From Nemertoderma westbladi (Eukaryota > Animalia > Xenacoelomorpha): DNA of 64,000 nucleotides. The DNA lies in assembly GCA_032718475.1 (NCBI GenBank), contig JAUCBJ010009051.1, forward strand, positions 41,181 through 105,180, read 5' to 3'. Position numbers and translations under genes: made by a program. Below the pieces are notes generated by a model. The model was not told the DNA's origin, ran no database searches, and saw nothing but the letters and a program-made list of their open reading frames with translations. This document shows, one piece after another, positions 29,101-40,400 of this stretch. Within the stretch, counting starts at the first letter, position 1. The number at the start of each line of letters is the position of its first letter.

Positions 29101-29691
29101 ACTTTACTTTACTGCAGTGTACTTTACTTTACTGCAGTGCACTTTACTTTACTGCAGTGTACTTTACTTTACTGCAGCGTACTTTACTTTACTGCAGTGT
29201 ACTTTACTTTACTGCAGTGTACTTTACTTTACTGCAGTGTACTTTACCTTACTGCAGTGTACTTTACTTTACTGCAGTGTACTTTACTTTACAGCAGTGT
29301 ACTTTACTTTACTGCAGTGTACTTTACTTTACTTCAGTGTACTTTACTTTACTTCAGTGTACTTTACTTTACTGCAGTGTACTTTACTTTACTGCAGTGT
29401 ACTTTACTTTACAGCAGTGTACTTTACTTTACTGCAGTGTACTTTACTTTACTGCAGTGTACTTTACTTTACTGCAGTGTACTTTACATTACTGCAGTGT
29501 ACTTTACTTTACAGCAGTGTACTTTACTTTACTGCAGTGTACTTTACTTTACTGCAGTGTACTTTACTTTACTGCAGTGCACTTTACTTTACTTCAGTGC
29601 ACTTTACTTTACTGCAGTGTACTTTACTTTACTGCAGTGTACTTTACTTTACTGCAGTGTACTTTACTTTACTGCAGTGTACTTTACTTAC
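23168..29691. repeat. 20-bp satellite, main block, beginning exactly at the CK2-alpha donor site
   Basis: More than 300 tandem copies with 21-bp variants (CCTTACTCCCAG). Includes an assembly gap. Confidence 0.98.
28420..28519. other. Assembly gap (100 N)
   Basis: Run of N. The true array and intron length is unknown. Confidence 0.99.
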
Positions 29692-29802
29692 CTTTAGCAA
29701 CTCGTGTAAATAAAATCGAATGTCAAAGTCTGAAAGTGTCTGATAAAGTTGCTTGAAATCGTTGTTATTTACGTTTTCGAAAATTAACGCCGGTGTCCTC
29801 GA
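29692..29802 (-). CDS. CSNK2A1: Casein kinase II alpha, internal exon ([37 protein letters not shown])
   Basis: 111 nt, acceptor CCTTTTAG, donor GTAAGT. Continues in phase 0 from ...VKDPV and matches the CK2-alpha hinge region S106-K142. Confidence 0.96.
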
Positions 29803-29855
29803 CTAAAAGGATATTAAATAATTAAAAAACTAAAAATATGAAGTTATAAATAAAT

Positions 29856-29919
29856 TTAAAGATCCAGTGGTGAGTAGACCTAATGTTATCATTATGTCTA
29901 CTCACCGCTGGATCTTTAA
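29856..29919. repeat. Inverted repeat (30-bp arms, 4-nt loop, 2 mismatches) capping the 51/56-bp array
   Basis: TTAAAGATCCAGTGGTGAGTAGACCTAATG-TTAT-CATTATGTCTACTCACCGCTGGATCTTTAA. Confidence 0.92.
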
Positions 29920-32900
29920 CAACAGCCTGTAACTGTATAACATTAGGTCTCCTCTACTCACCGCTGGATCTTTAACAACAGCCTGTAACTGTATAACATT
30001 AGGTCTCCTCTACTCACCGCTGGATCTTTAACAACAGCCTGTAACTGTATAACATTAGGTCTACTCACCAGTGGATCTTTAACAACAGCCTGTAACTGTA
30101 TAACATTAGGTCTCCTCTACTCACCACTGGATCTTTAACAACAGCCTGTAACTGTATAACATTAGGTCTACTCACCACTGGATCTTTAACAACAGCCTGT
30201 AACTGTATAACATTAGGTCTCCTCTACTCACCACTGGATCTTTAACAACAGCCTGTAACTGTATAACATTAGGTCTCCTCTACTCACCGCTGGATCTTTA
30301 ACAACAGCCTGTAACTATATAACATTAGGTCTACTCACCAGTGGATCTTTAACAACAGCCTGTAACTGTATAACATTAGGTATCCTCTACTCACCACTGG
30401 ATCTTTAACAACAGCCTGTAACTGTATAACATTAGGTCTACTCACCACTGGATCTTTAACAACAGCCTGTAACTGTATAACATTAGGTCTACTCACCACT
30501 GGATCTTGAACAACAGCCTGTAACTGTATAACATTAGGTCTACTCACCACTGGATCTTTAACAACAGCCTGTAACTGTATAACATTAGGTCTGCTCACCA
30601 CTGGATCTTTAACAACAGCCTGTAACTGTATAACATTAGGTCTACTCACCACTGGATCTTTAACAACAGCCTGTAACTGTATACCATTAGGTCTACTCAC
30701 CACTGGATCTTTAACAACAGCCTGTAACTGTATAACATTAGGTATCCTCTACTCACCACTGGATCTTTAACAACAGCCTGTAACTGTATAACATTAGGTC
30801 TAGTCTACTCACCACTGGATCTTTAACAACAGCCTGTAACTGTATAACATTAGGTCTCCTCTACTCACCACTGGATCTTTAACAACAGCCTGTAACTGTA
30901 TAACATTAGGTCTCCTCTACTCACCACTGGATCTTTAACAACAGCCTGTAACTGTATAACATTAGGTCTCCTCTACTCACCACTGGATCTTTAACAACAG
31001 CCCGTAACTGTATAACATTAGGTCTAGTCTACTCACCACTGGATCTTTAACAACAGCCTGTAACTGTATAACATTAGGTCTAGTCTACTCACCACTGGAT
31101 CTTTAACAACAGCCTGTAACTGTATAACATTAGGTCTCCTCTACTCACCACTGGATCTTTAACAACAGCCTGTAACTGTATAACATTAGGTATACGCTAC
31201 TCACCACTGGATCTTTAACAACAGCCTGTAACTGTATAACATTAGGTCTACTCACCACTGGATCTTTAACAACAGCCTGTAACTGTATACCATTAGGTCT
31301 ACTCACCACTGGATCTTTAACAACAGCCTGTAACTGTATAACATTAGGTCTCCTCTACTCACCAGTGGATCTTTAACAACAGCCTGTAATGGTATAACAT
31401 TAGGTCTAGTCTACTCACCACTGGATCTTTAACAACAGCCTGTAACTGTATAACATTAGGTCTAGTCTACTCACCACTGGATCTTTAACAACAGCCTGTA
31501 ACTGTATAACATTAGGTCTCCTCTACTCACCACTGAATCTTTAACAACAGCCTGTAACTGTATAACATTAGGTCTCCTCTACTCACCACTGGATCTTTAA
31601 CTACAGCCTGTAACTGTATAACATTAGGTCTCCTCTACTCACCACTGGATCTTTAACTACAGCCTGTAACTGTATAACATTAGGTCTCCTCTACTCCCCA
31701 CTGGATCTTTAACAACAGCCTGTAACTGTATAACATTAGGTCTACTCACCACTGGATCTCCAACAACAGCCTGTAACTGTATAACAATAGGTATACTCAC
31801 CACTGGATCTTTAACAACAGCCTGTAACTGTATAACAATAGGTCTACTCACCACTGGATCTTTAACAACAGCCTGTAACTGTATAACATTAGGTCTCCTC
31901 TACTCCCCACTGGATCTTTAACAACAGCCTGTAACTGTATAACATTAGGTCTACTCACCACTGGATCTCCAACAACAGCCTGTAACTGTATAACAATAGG
32001 TATACTCACCACTGGATCTTTAACAACAGCCTGTAACTGTATAACATTAGGTCTACTCACCACTGGATCTTTAACAACAGCCTGTAACTGTATAACATTA
32101 GGTCTCCTCTACTCACCACTGGATCTTTAACAACAGCCTGTAACTGTATAACATTAGGTCTCCTCTACTCACCACTGGATCTTTAACAACAGCCTGTAAC
32201 TGTATACCATTAGGTCTACTCTACTCACCACTGGATCTTTAACAACAGCCTGTAACTGTATAACATTAGGTCTCCTCTACTCACCACTGGATCTTTAACA
32301 ACAGCCTGTAACTGTATAACATTAGGTTACTCACCACTGGATCTTTAACAACAGCCTGTAACTGTATAACATTAGGTCTCCTCTACTCACCACTGGATCT
32401 TTAACAACAGCCTGTAACTGTATAACATTAGGTCTACTCACCACTGGATCTTTAACAACAGCCTGTAACTGTATAACATTAGGTCTACTCACCACTGGAT
32501 CTTTAACAACAGCCTGTAACTGTATAACATTAGGTCTCCTCTACTCACCACTGGATCTTTAACAACAGCCTGTAACTGTATAACATTAGGTCTCCTCTAC
32601 TCACCACTGGATCTTTAACAACAGCCTGTAACTGTATAACATTAGGTCTCCTCTACTCACCACTGGATCTTTAACAACAGCCTGTAACTGTATAACATTA
32701 GGTCTACTCACCACTGGATCTTTAACAACAGCCTGTAACTGTATAACATTAGGTCTCCTCTACTCACCACTGGATCTTTAACAACAGCCTGTAACTGTAT
32801 AACATTAGGTCTACTCACCACTGGATCTTTAACAACAGCCTGTAACTGTATAACATTAGGTCTACTCACCACTGGATCTTTAACAACAGCCTGTAACTGT

Positions 32901-33761
32901 ATAACATTAGGTCTCCTCTACTCACCACTGGATCTTTAACAACAGCCTGTAACTGTATAACATTAGGTCTACTCACCACTGGATCTTTAACAACAGCCTG
33001 TAACTGTATAACATTAGGTCTACTCACCACTGGATCTTTAACAACAGCCTGTAACTGTATAACATTAGGTCTACTCACCACTGGATCTTTAACAACAGCC
33101 TGTAACTGTATAACATTAGGTATAGTCTACTCACCACTGGATCTTTAACAACAGCCTGTGACTGTATAACATTAGGTCTAGTCTACTCACCACTGGATCT
33201 TTAACAACAGCCTGTGACTGTATAACATTAGGTCTAGTCTACTCCCCACTGGATCTTTAACAACAGCCTGTAACTGTATGACATTAGGTCTCCTCTACTC
33301 ACCACTGGATCTTTAACAACAGCCTGTAACTGTATAACATTAGGTCTACTCACTACTGGATCTTTAACAACAGCCTGTAACTGTATAACATTAGGTCTCC
33401 TCTACTCACCACTGGATCTTTAACAACAGCCTGTAACTGTATAACATTAGGTCTACTCACCACTGGATCTTTAACAACAGCCTGTAACTGTATAACATTA
33501 GGTCTACTCACCACTGGATCTTTAACAACAGCCTGTGACTGTATAACATTAGGTCTAGTCTACTCACCACTGGATCTTTAACAACAGCCTGTGACTGTAT
33601 AACATTAGGTCTAGTCTACTCCCCACTGGATCTTTAACAACAGCCTGTAACTGTATAACATTAGGTCTCCTCTACTCACCACTGGATCTTTAACAACAGC
33701 CTGTAACTGTATAACATTAGGTCTACTCACCACTGGATCTTTAACAACAGCCTGTAACTGT
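29890..33761 (-). repeat. 51/56-bp satellite derived from the CK2-alpha exon 3' end plus donor site, distal block (~70 copies)
   Basis: Minus-strand unit CCTAATGTTATACAGTTACAGGCTGTTGTTAAAGATCCAGTG|GTGAGTAGA(GGAGA or CTAGA), which reads [14 protein letters not shown] followed by the 5' splice site. Confidence 0.97.
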
Positions 33762-36187
33762 CCTGTAACGCCCTCGCGTCAGCAGATGATAGTGGCAATG
33801 GTGGAATTGGTCTATTGATGAATCCAACTGCACATGCAGCATTGGACAAAATAGACCAAATCTCTAACCGCATCATCCGTTGCCACTTCTCATGTTCTGG
33901 AAGACTGGCTAAGAAGTTTCCTAAGGTGGTTCTGATTGTGTGCTACTCTCCAACTAGTGTTGCCCCTGTAGAGGAGGTGGAAAATTTCTACCACAATCTA
34001 CAAGCAGCAACTGATGGAGTGGATCAGCATGCATTCTTAACATTCCTGGGAGACTTTAATGCAAGTCTGCATCAATCACCTACATCGCCCTGGGCCTATA
34101 GCAATAGTGTTAACCGAAATTCTGTCCATCTTCAGGATTTTATCTCTGGAAATGGATTGTTTTCGGCTGGAACCCAGTTCAAGAAGCGAACTGGAAAGCT
34201 ATGGACTCATAGTGGACCCAGTGGTCACAAGTCCCAGATAGACCATATTCTGTTTCGTAGGAAATACAGGAGCTCTATACAAGACTGTAATGCATTTACA
34301 CTTCGACCCTTCTCCAGTGATCACCGCCTTATTGTGGCCAAGGTAAGACTTAGTCTGCGTGCTAGCAGAACAACGAAATCTGCCTTGCCACGGCATGACT
34401 GGTCCTCTCTGTTGGTCCTCTCTGCTTACTGGGCGGAAAAGCCAACCAACCACCAAGGTTAAGGCTGAATCACCAGCCGATCGCCTCAATGGTTGGAAAG
34501 CCCACTTTGAAAAGCTCCTCAATAATGACAGGGTATTGCCTGATAACTTTATAGAAGTAAAGGTGTCTGAGTCTGTACTCCCAGATATTCCCATTGGCGA
34601 TATCTCCTTTGCAGAAGTGAAGGCTGCTGCAAAGAGCATTAAGACCAATCGTGCCAGTGGAGTAGATGGTGTTCCCCCTGAGGTCTTTAAAATACCTGAG
34701 TGTTTAAAGCTCATCTATCCCATCATAGTAGACATGTACCGTACAACAAGAGTCCCACAAGAAATGAAAACAAATAAGTTGGTGCCAGTTCCCAAGAAGG
34801 GCAACCTAACACTCTATGGTTCTTTTCGGGGAATCTCATTGATCTCGATTGCTGCAAAGCTATACAATAGGATTCTATTAAATCGCATCAGGGATCCCAT
34901 TGAGAGACTGCTCCGTGGAAATCAGAATGGGTTCCGTAAAGGTCGTGGGACCATGGAGCCCATTTTGGCACTTAGAAGGATAATTGAAGAATTATCAAAA
35001 AAGAAAGACAGGCATCTGGCTGTTATCTTTGTTGACTTCTTCAAGGCCTTTGATTCAGTCTCTCGCTCACGTATGTTCAGCATACTTTCATTATATGGGA
35101 TTCCTGATGAAATTATTGCAGCAATCAGATCAGTATACGATGGTTCGACAACATTTGTGTCTACTGTTGACGGTGACACAGAACCATTTGAAGTGTTATG
35201 GGGCGTCCTCCAAGGAGACACACTTGCACCATTCTTGTTCATTATTGTGGTTGACTATGTTCTACGCATGTCCTTAGATCATCATAATGATGATGGGGTG
35301 ATGATAACTCCACCTACTGGCTCCAGAAGTCGAGGAAATCCTGCCAAGTACCTAACTGATCTAGACTTTGCTGATGACTTAGGAGTACTCTCAGAATCAT
35401 TAGAGGGAGCCCAGCGGCTCCTCAGCTCATTAGAACATGCTGCTTCTAGTGTTGGTCTTTTTATTAACTCCAGAAAGACCAAAATTCTGACAGTTAACTT
35501 TGAAAGTCCTCAGCACGTCTCTGATCGGATGAGCATAAGCTCAAAGGATGGTATGCTTGAGCATGTGGACGACTTCTGTTACCTGGGATCATGGATCCGG
35601 AAGTCAGGTGAGGACCTTCGAATACGTAAGGGAAAGGCATGGGCAGCCTTGAATAGGCTTTCCAGGATTTGGAAGTCACCTAGAATTAATCGGAAACTTC
35701 AGGTCCGATTATTCAGAGCAGCAGTAGTTCCAGTACTCCTCTACGGGAGTCCATGCTGGGCTCTAACTGCTGAGGACACCAAATCTCTGGATGGCACATT
35801 CACAAGAATGCTACGCCGGGTACATTGTGTCAAGTACAGTGCACACATCTCCAACCAGACACTATATAACATTGGAGGTGTCTCATTGGTTCCCCCAAGC
35901 TTGACACTAGAACAAAATCGCCTCCGCTTTGCAGGACATTGCTTTCGCCGTGAGGACCAGCCAGTGCATAATCTTGTACTTTGGCAGCCTCATGGAGTGA
36001 ATAAGCATGGTGGACAGCCCATGACTTTCTTGAGACGCATCTTAAAGGACACTGGCCTTAAAGATGCGGATGATCTAGCAAATGTCATGGGTGATAGGGA
36101 GTTGTGGCGGTGCAATTTTGTTGACAAGCCGGCACAGCATTCTTAAAATGCAGCTGCAATGCAGCATGCCGATCCTAGTAGTAGTAG
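33762..36187 (+). mobile_element. RTE-clade non-LTR retrotransposon, 5'-truncated, with an internal deletion/frameshift and a (TAG)n tail
   Basis: APE motifs (CYSPT, GDFNA, QIDHIL, SDH) in 33815..34462. RT motifs (QNGFRKGR, DFFKAFD, GVLQGDTLAP, FADD) in 34359..36146. Very short 3' UTR ending CTAGTAGTAGTAGTA. Confidence 0.93.
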
Positions 36188-36697
36188 TATAACATTAGGT
36201 CTCCTCTACTCACCACTGGATCTTTAACAACAGCCTGTAACTGTATAACATTAGGTCTACTCACCACTGGATCTTTAACAACAGCCTGTAACTGTATAAC
36301 ATTAGGTCTACTCACCACTGGATCTTTAACAACAGCCTGTAACTGTATAACAATAGGTCTCCTCTACTCACCACTGGATCTTTAACAACAGCTTGTAACT
36401 GTATAACAATAGGTCTACTCACCACTGGATCTTTAACAACAGCCTGTAACTGTATAACATTAGGTCTAGTCTACTCACCACTGGATCTTTAACAACAGCC
36501 TGTGACTGTATAACATTAGGTCTAGTCTACTCACCACTGGATCTTTAACAACAGCCTGTAACTGTATAACATTAGGTCTCCTCTACTCACCACTGGATCT
36601 TTAACAACAGCCTGTAACTGTATAACATTAGGTCTACTCACCACTGGATCTTTAACAACAGCTTGTAACTGTATAACATTAGGTCTCCTCTACTCAC
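36188..36697 (-). repeat. 51/56-bp exon+donor satellite, exon-proximal block (~9-10 copies)
   Basis: Same unit, contiguous with the real exon, whose last 42 nt form the terminal unit. Confidence 0.97.
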
Positions 36698-36799
36698 CAC
36701 TGGATCTTTAACAACAGCTTGTAACTGTATAACATTAGGTCCTCCACGTAAGTTCTCAAGAATTTTTATTTCACGTTTAATCTTCTTTTTATTTACTGG
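36698..36799 (-). CDS. CSNK2A1: Casein kinase II alpha, internal exon ([34 protein letters not shown])
   Basis: Manual translation of the minus strand: 102 nt, acceptor TTTGTTTTTAG, donor GTGAGT. Matches the CK2-alpha basic cluster/helix C region (human P72-V105). Not in the ORF track. The symbol denotes the CK2-alpha family; paralogue identity is not established. Confidence 0.96.
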
Positions 36800-36970
36800 C
36801 TAAAAACAAAAAATAGAAAAAACATGCATTATGGGTTGATAATAATTATACTTGTGCGTATAAATAAGATGATGGGTAAAGGTTAAATAAATAAATTGAA
36901 ACTGAAACAACTAACGGTACGGTACATTATGTTTATTATAAGTAACAGTAAGTCCGTTAACCGAAAAGGT

Positions 36971-37496
36971 TTAACCATATCTACCCCCGGGCCTGGGAAT
37001 TTCACTGAAATTTGGTAACAATATATATCTATGGCATATTTTAACAAATTCTTGAAAAAAAAAGCAAAATTCTTTCGAAGAGCCTCAAATATATATGAAA
37101 ATAGTGGTTTTGTGCAAAGCAAAAATATAATTGCGAATAATGTGACATAATATATGTACCTGATTTTCAATTCTTACGTGTATATTTGCGGTTGCGAATT
37201 CAATGGTAATGAAATTGAGTTGATACAAGTAATGCATCTATCATTTTTAGTGCGGGTACCAAAAGTGGATGCATCACTAAATTTTCAAAATTTGTATTTT
37301 TTTAAGCGGACACCAAAAGTGGGTGCAGCACGAAATTTTCAAAATTATTTGTTTCAAAATATTAATTTTAAGTAAAATATAATATAGGAATTATTAGAGA
37401 AAAAAAAAGGGGGGGGGGGGGGGGGGTACTGACGCATCTCCGATGAAGAATATAATTTCGGGCATAATAAAATCACTTATTCTAAACAGGGTTGAT
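36971..37496. other. Possible MITE remnant
   Basis: Starts TTAACC. Internal direct repeat ACCAAAAGTGGRTGCA..AAATTTTCAAAATT (~37258, ~37312) and a poly-G run. Ends AGGGTTGA, merging into the 40-bp array. Confidence 0.3.
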
Positions 37497-40400
37497 AGTA
37501 AAGGGAAGGAAGGGTCAGGGTTGAGTGAACGCCAATAGAAAAGGGAAGGAAGGGTCAGGGTTGAGTGAACGCCAATAGAAAAGGGAAGGAAGGGTCAGGG
37601 TTGAGTGAACGCCAATAGAAAAGGGAAGGAAGGGTCAGGGTTGAGTGAACGCCAATAGTAAAGGGAAGGAAGGGTCAGGGTTGAGTGAACGCCAATAGAA
37701 AAGGGAAGGAAGGGTCAGGGTTGAGTGAACGCCAATAGAAAAGGGAAGGAAGGGTCAGGGTTGAGTGAACGCCAATAGAAAAGGGAAGGAAGGGTCAGGG
37801 TTGAGTGAACGCCAATAGAAAAGGGAAGGAAGGGTCAGGGTTGAGTGAACGACAATAGTAAAGGGAAGGAAGGGTCAGGGTTGAGTGAACGCCAATAGAA
37901 AAGGGAAGGAAGGGTCAGGGTTGAGTGAACGCCAATAGAAAAGGGGAGGAAGGGTTAGGGTTGAGTGAAGGCCAATAGTAAAGGGAAGGAAGGGTCAGGG
38001 TTGAGTGAACGCCAATAGAAAAGGGAAGGAAGGGTCAGGGTTGAGTGAACGCCAATAGAAAAGGGGAGGAAGGGTCAGGGTTGAGTGAACGCCAATAGAA
38101 AAGGGAAGGAAGGGTCAGGGTTGAGTGAACGCCAATAGAAAAGGGAAGGAAGGGTCAGGGTTGAGTGAACGCCAATAGAAAAGGGAAGGAAGGGTCAGGG
38201 TTGAGTGAACGCCAATAGAAAAGGGAAGGAAGGGTCAGGGTTGAGTGAACGCCAATAGAAAAGGGAAGGAAGGGTCAGGGTTGAGTGAACGCCAATAGAA
38301 AAGGGAAGGAAGGGTCAGGGTTGAGTGAACGTCAATAGAAAAGGGAAGGAAGGGTCAGGGTTGAGTGAACGCCAACAGTAAAGGGAAGGAAGGGTCAGGG
38401 TTGAGTGAACGCCAATAGTAAAGGGAAGGAAGGGTCAGGGTTGAGTGAACGCCAATAGTAAAGGAAAGGAAGGGTCAGGGTTGAGTGAACGCCAATAGTA
38501 AAGGGAAGGAAGGGTCAGGGTTGAGTGAACGCCAATAGTAAAGGGAAGGAAGGGTCAGGGTTGAGTGAACGCCAACAGTAAAGGGAAGGAAGGGTCAGGG
38601 TTGAGTGAACGCCAATAGAAAAGGGAAGGAAGGGTCAGGGTTGAGTGAACGCCAATAGAAAAGGGGAGGAAGGGTCAGGGTTGAGTGAACGCCAATAGAA
38701 AAGGGAAGGAAGGGTCAGGGTTGAGTGAACGCCAATAGAAAAGGGAAGGAAGGGTCAGGGTTGAGTGAACGCCAATAGAAAAGGGGAGGAAGGGTCAGGG
38801 TTGAGTGAACGCCAATAGAAAAGGGAAGGAAGGGTCAGGGTTGAGTGAACGCCAATAGAAAAGGGAAGGAAGGGTCAGGGTTGAGTGAACGCCAATAGAA
38901 AAGGGGAGGAAGGGTCAGGGTTGAGTGAACGCCAATAGTAAAGGGAAGGAAGGGTCAGGGTTGAGTGAACGCCAATAGTAAAGGGAAGGAAGGGTCAGGG
39001 TTGAGTGAACGCCAATAGTAAAGGGAAGGAAGGGTCAGGGTTGAGTGAACGCCAATAGTAAAGGGAAGGAAGGGTCAGGGTTGAGTGAACGCCAATAGAA
39101 AAGGGAAGGAAGGGTCAGGGTTGAGTGAACGCCAATAGTAAAGGGAAGGAAGGGTCAGGGTTGAGTGAACGCCAATAGAAAAGGGAAGGAAGGTCATGGT
39201 TGAGTGAACGCCAATAGAAAAGGGAAGGAAGGGTCAGGGTTGAGTGAACGCCAATAGTAAAGGAAAGGAAGGGTCAGGGTTGAGTGAACGCCAATAGTAA
39301 AGGGAAGGAAGGGTCAGGGTTGAGTGAACGCCAATAGTAAAGGAAAGGAAGGGTCAGGGTTGAGTGAACGCCAATAGTAAAGGAAAGGAAGGGTCAGGGT
39401 TGAGTGAACGCCAATAGTAAAGGGAAGGAAGGGTCAGGGTTGAGTGAACGCCAATAGTAAAGGGAAGGAAGGGTCAGGGTTGGGTGAACGCCAATAGAAA
39501 AGGGAAGGAAGGGTCAGGGTTGAGTGAACGCCAATAGTAAAGGGAAGGAAGGGTCAGGGTTGAGTGAACGCCAATAGTAAAGGGAAGGAAGGGTCAGGGT
39601 TGAGTGAACGCCAATAGTAAAGGGAAGGAAGGGTCAGGGTTGGGTGAACGCCAATAGAAAAGGGAAGGAAGGGTCAGGGTTGAGTGAACGCCAATAGTAA
39701 AGGGAAGGAAGGGTCAGGGTTGAGTGAACGCCAATAGTAAAGGGAAGGAAGGGTCAGGGTTGAGTGAACGCCAATAGAAAAGGGAAGGAAGGGTCAGGGT
39801 TGAGTGAACGCCAATAGAAAAGGGAAGGAAGGGTCAGGGTTGAGTGAACGCCAATAGTAAAGGGAAGGAAGGGTCAGGGTTGAGTGAACGCCAATAGTAA
39901 AGGGAAGGAAGGGTCAGGGTTGAGTGAACGCCAATAGAAAAGGGAAGGAAGGGTCAGGGTTGAGTGAACGCCAATAGAAAAGGGAAGGAAGGGTCAGGGT
40001 TGAGTGAACGCCAATAGAAAAGGGAAGGAAGGGTCAGGGTTGAGTGAACGCCAATAGTAAAGGGAAGGAAGGGTCAGGGTTGAGTGAACGCCAATAGTAA
40101 AGGGAAGGAAGGGTCAGGGTTGAGTGAACGCCAATAGTAAAGGAAAGGAAGGGTCAGGGTTGAGTGAACGCCAATAGTAAAGGGAAGGAAGGGTCAGGGT
40201 TGATAGTAAAGGGAAGGAAGGGTCAGGGTTGAGTGAACGCCAACAGTAAAGGGAAGGAAGGGTCAGGGTTGAGTGAACGCCAATAGTAAAGGGAAGGAAG
40301 GGTCAGGGTTGAGTGAACGCCAATAGTAAAGGGAAGGAAGGGTCAGGGTTGGGTGAACGCCAATAGAAAAGGGAAGGAAGGGTCAGGGTTGAGTGAACGC

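Noticed and set aside
23168-29691. Canonical recursive splice sites (YAG|GT) in the 20-bp array
   Set aside because: The sense unit has CAG followed by TAAAG rather than GT and is purine-rich, with no pyrimidine tract.
21827-29756. Huge ORFs up to 2118 aa of ([20 protein letters not shown])n
   Set aside because: The 20-bp repeat lacks stops in all three plus-strand frames. The ORFs span an N gap and are antisense to CK2-alpha.
30335-33081. Tandem alternative (mutually exclusive) CK2 exons
   Set aside because: The units contain only the exon's last 42 nt, have no acceptor or pyrimidine tract, and are separated by only 9-14 nt, too short to be introns.
36883-37170. ORF containing FSYIFEA as a possible upstream CK2 exon (YSEVFEA)
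   Set aside because: No GRGKYS glycine loop or VKILK. The true exon must lie beyond position 64000.
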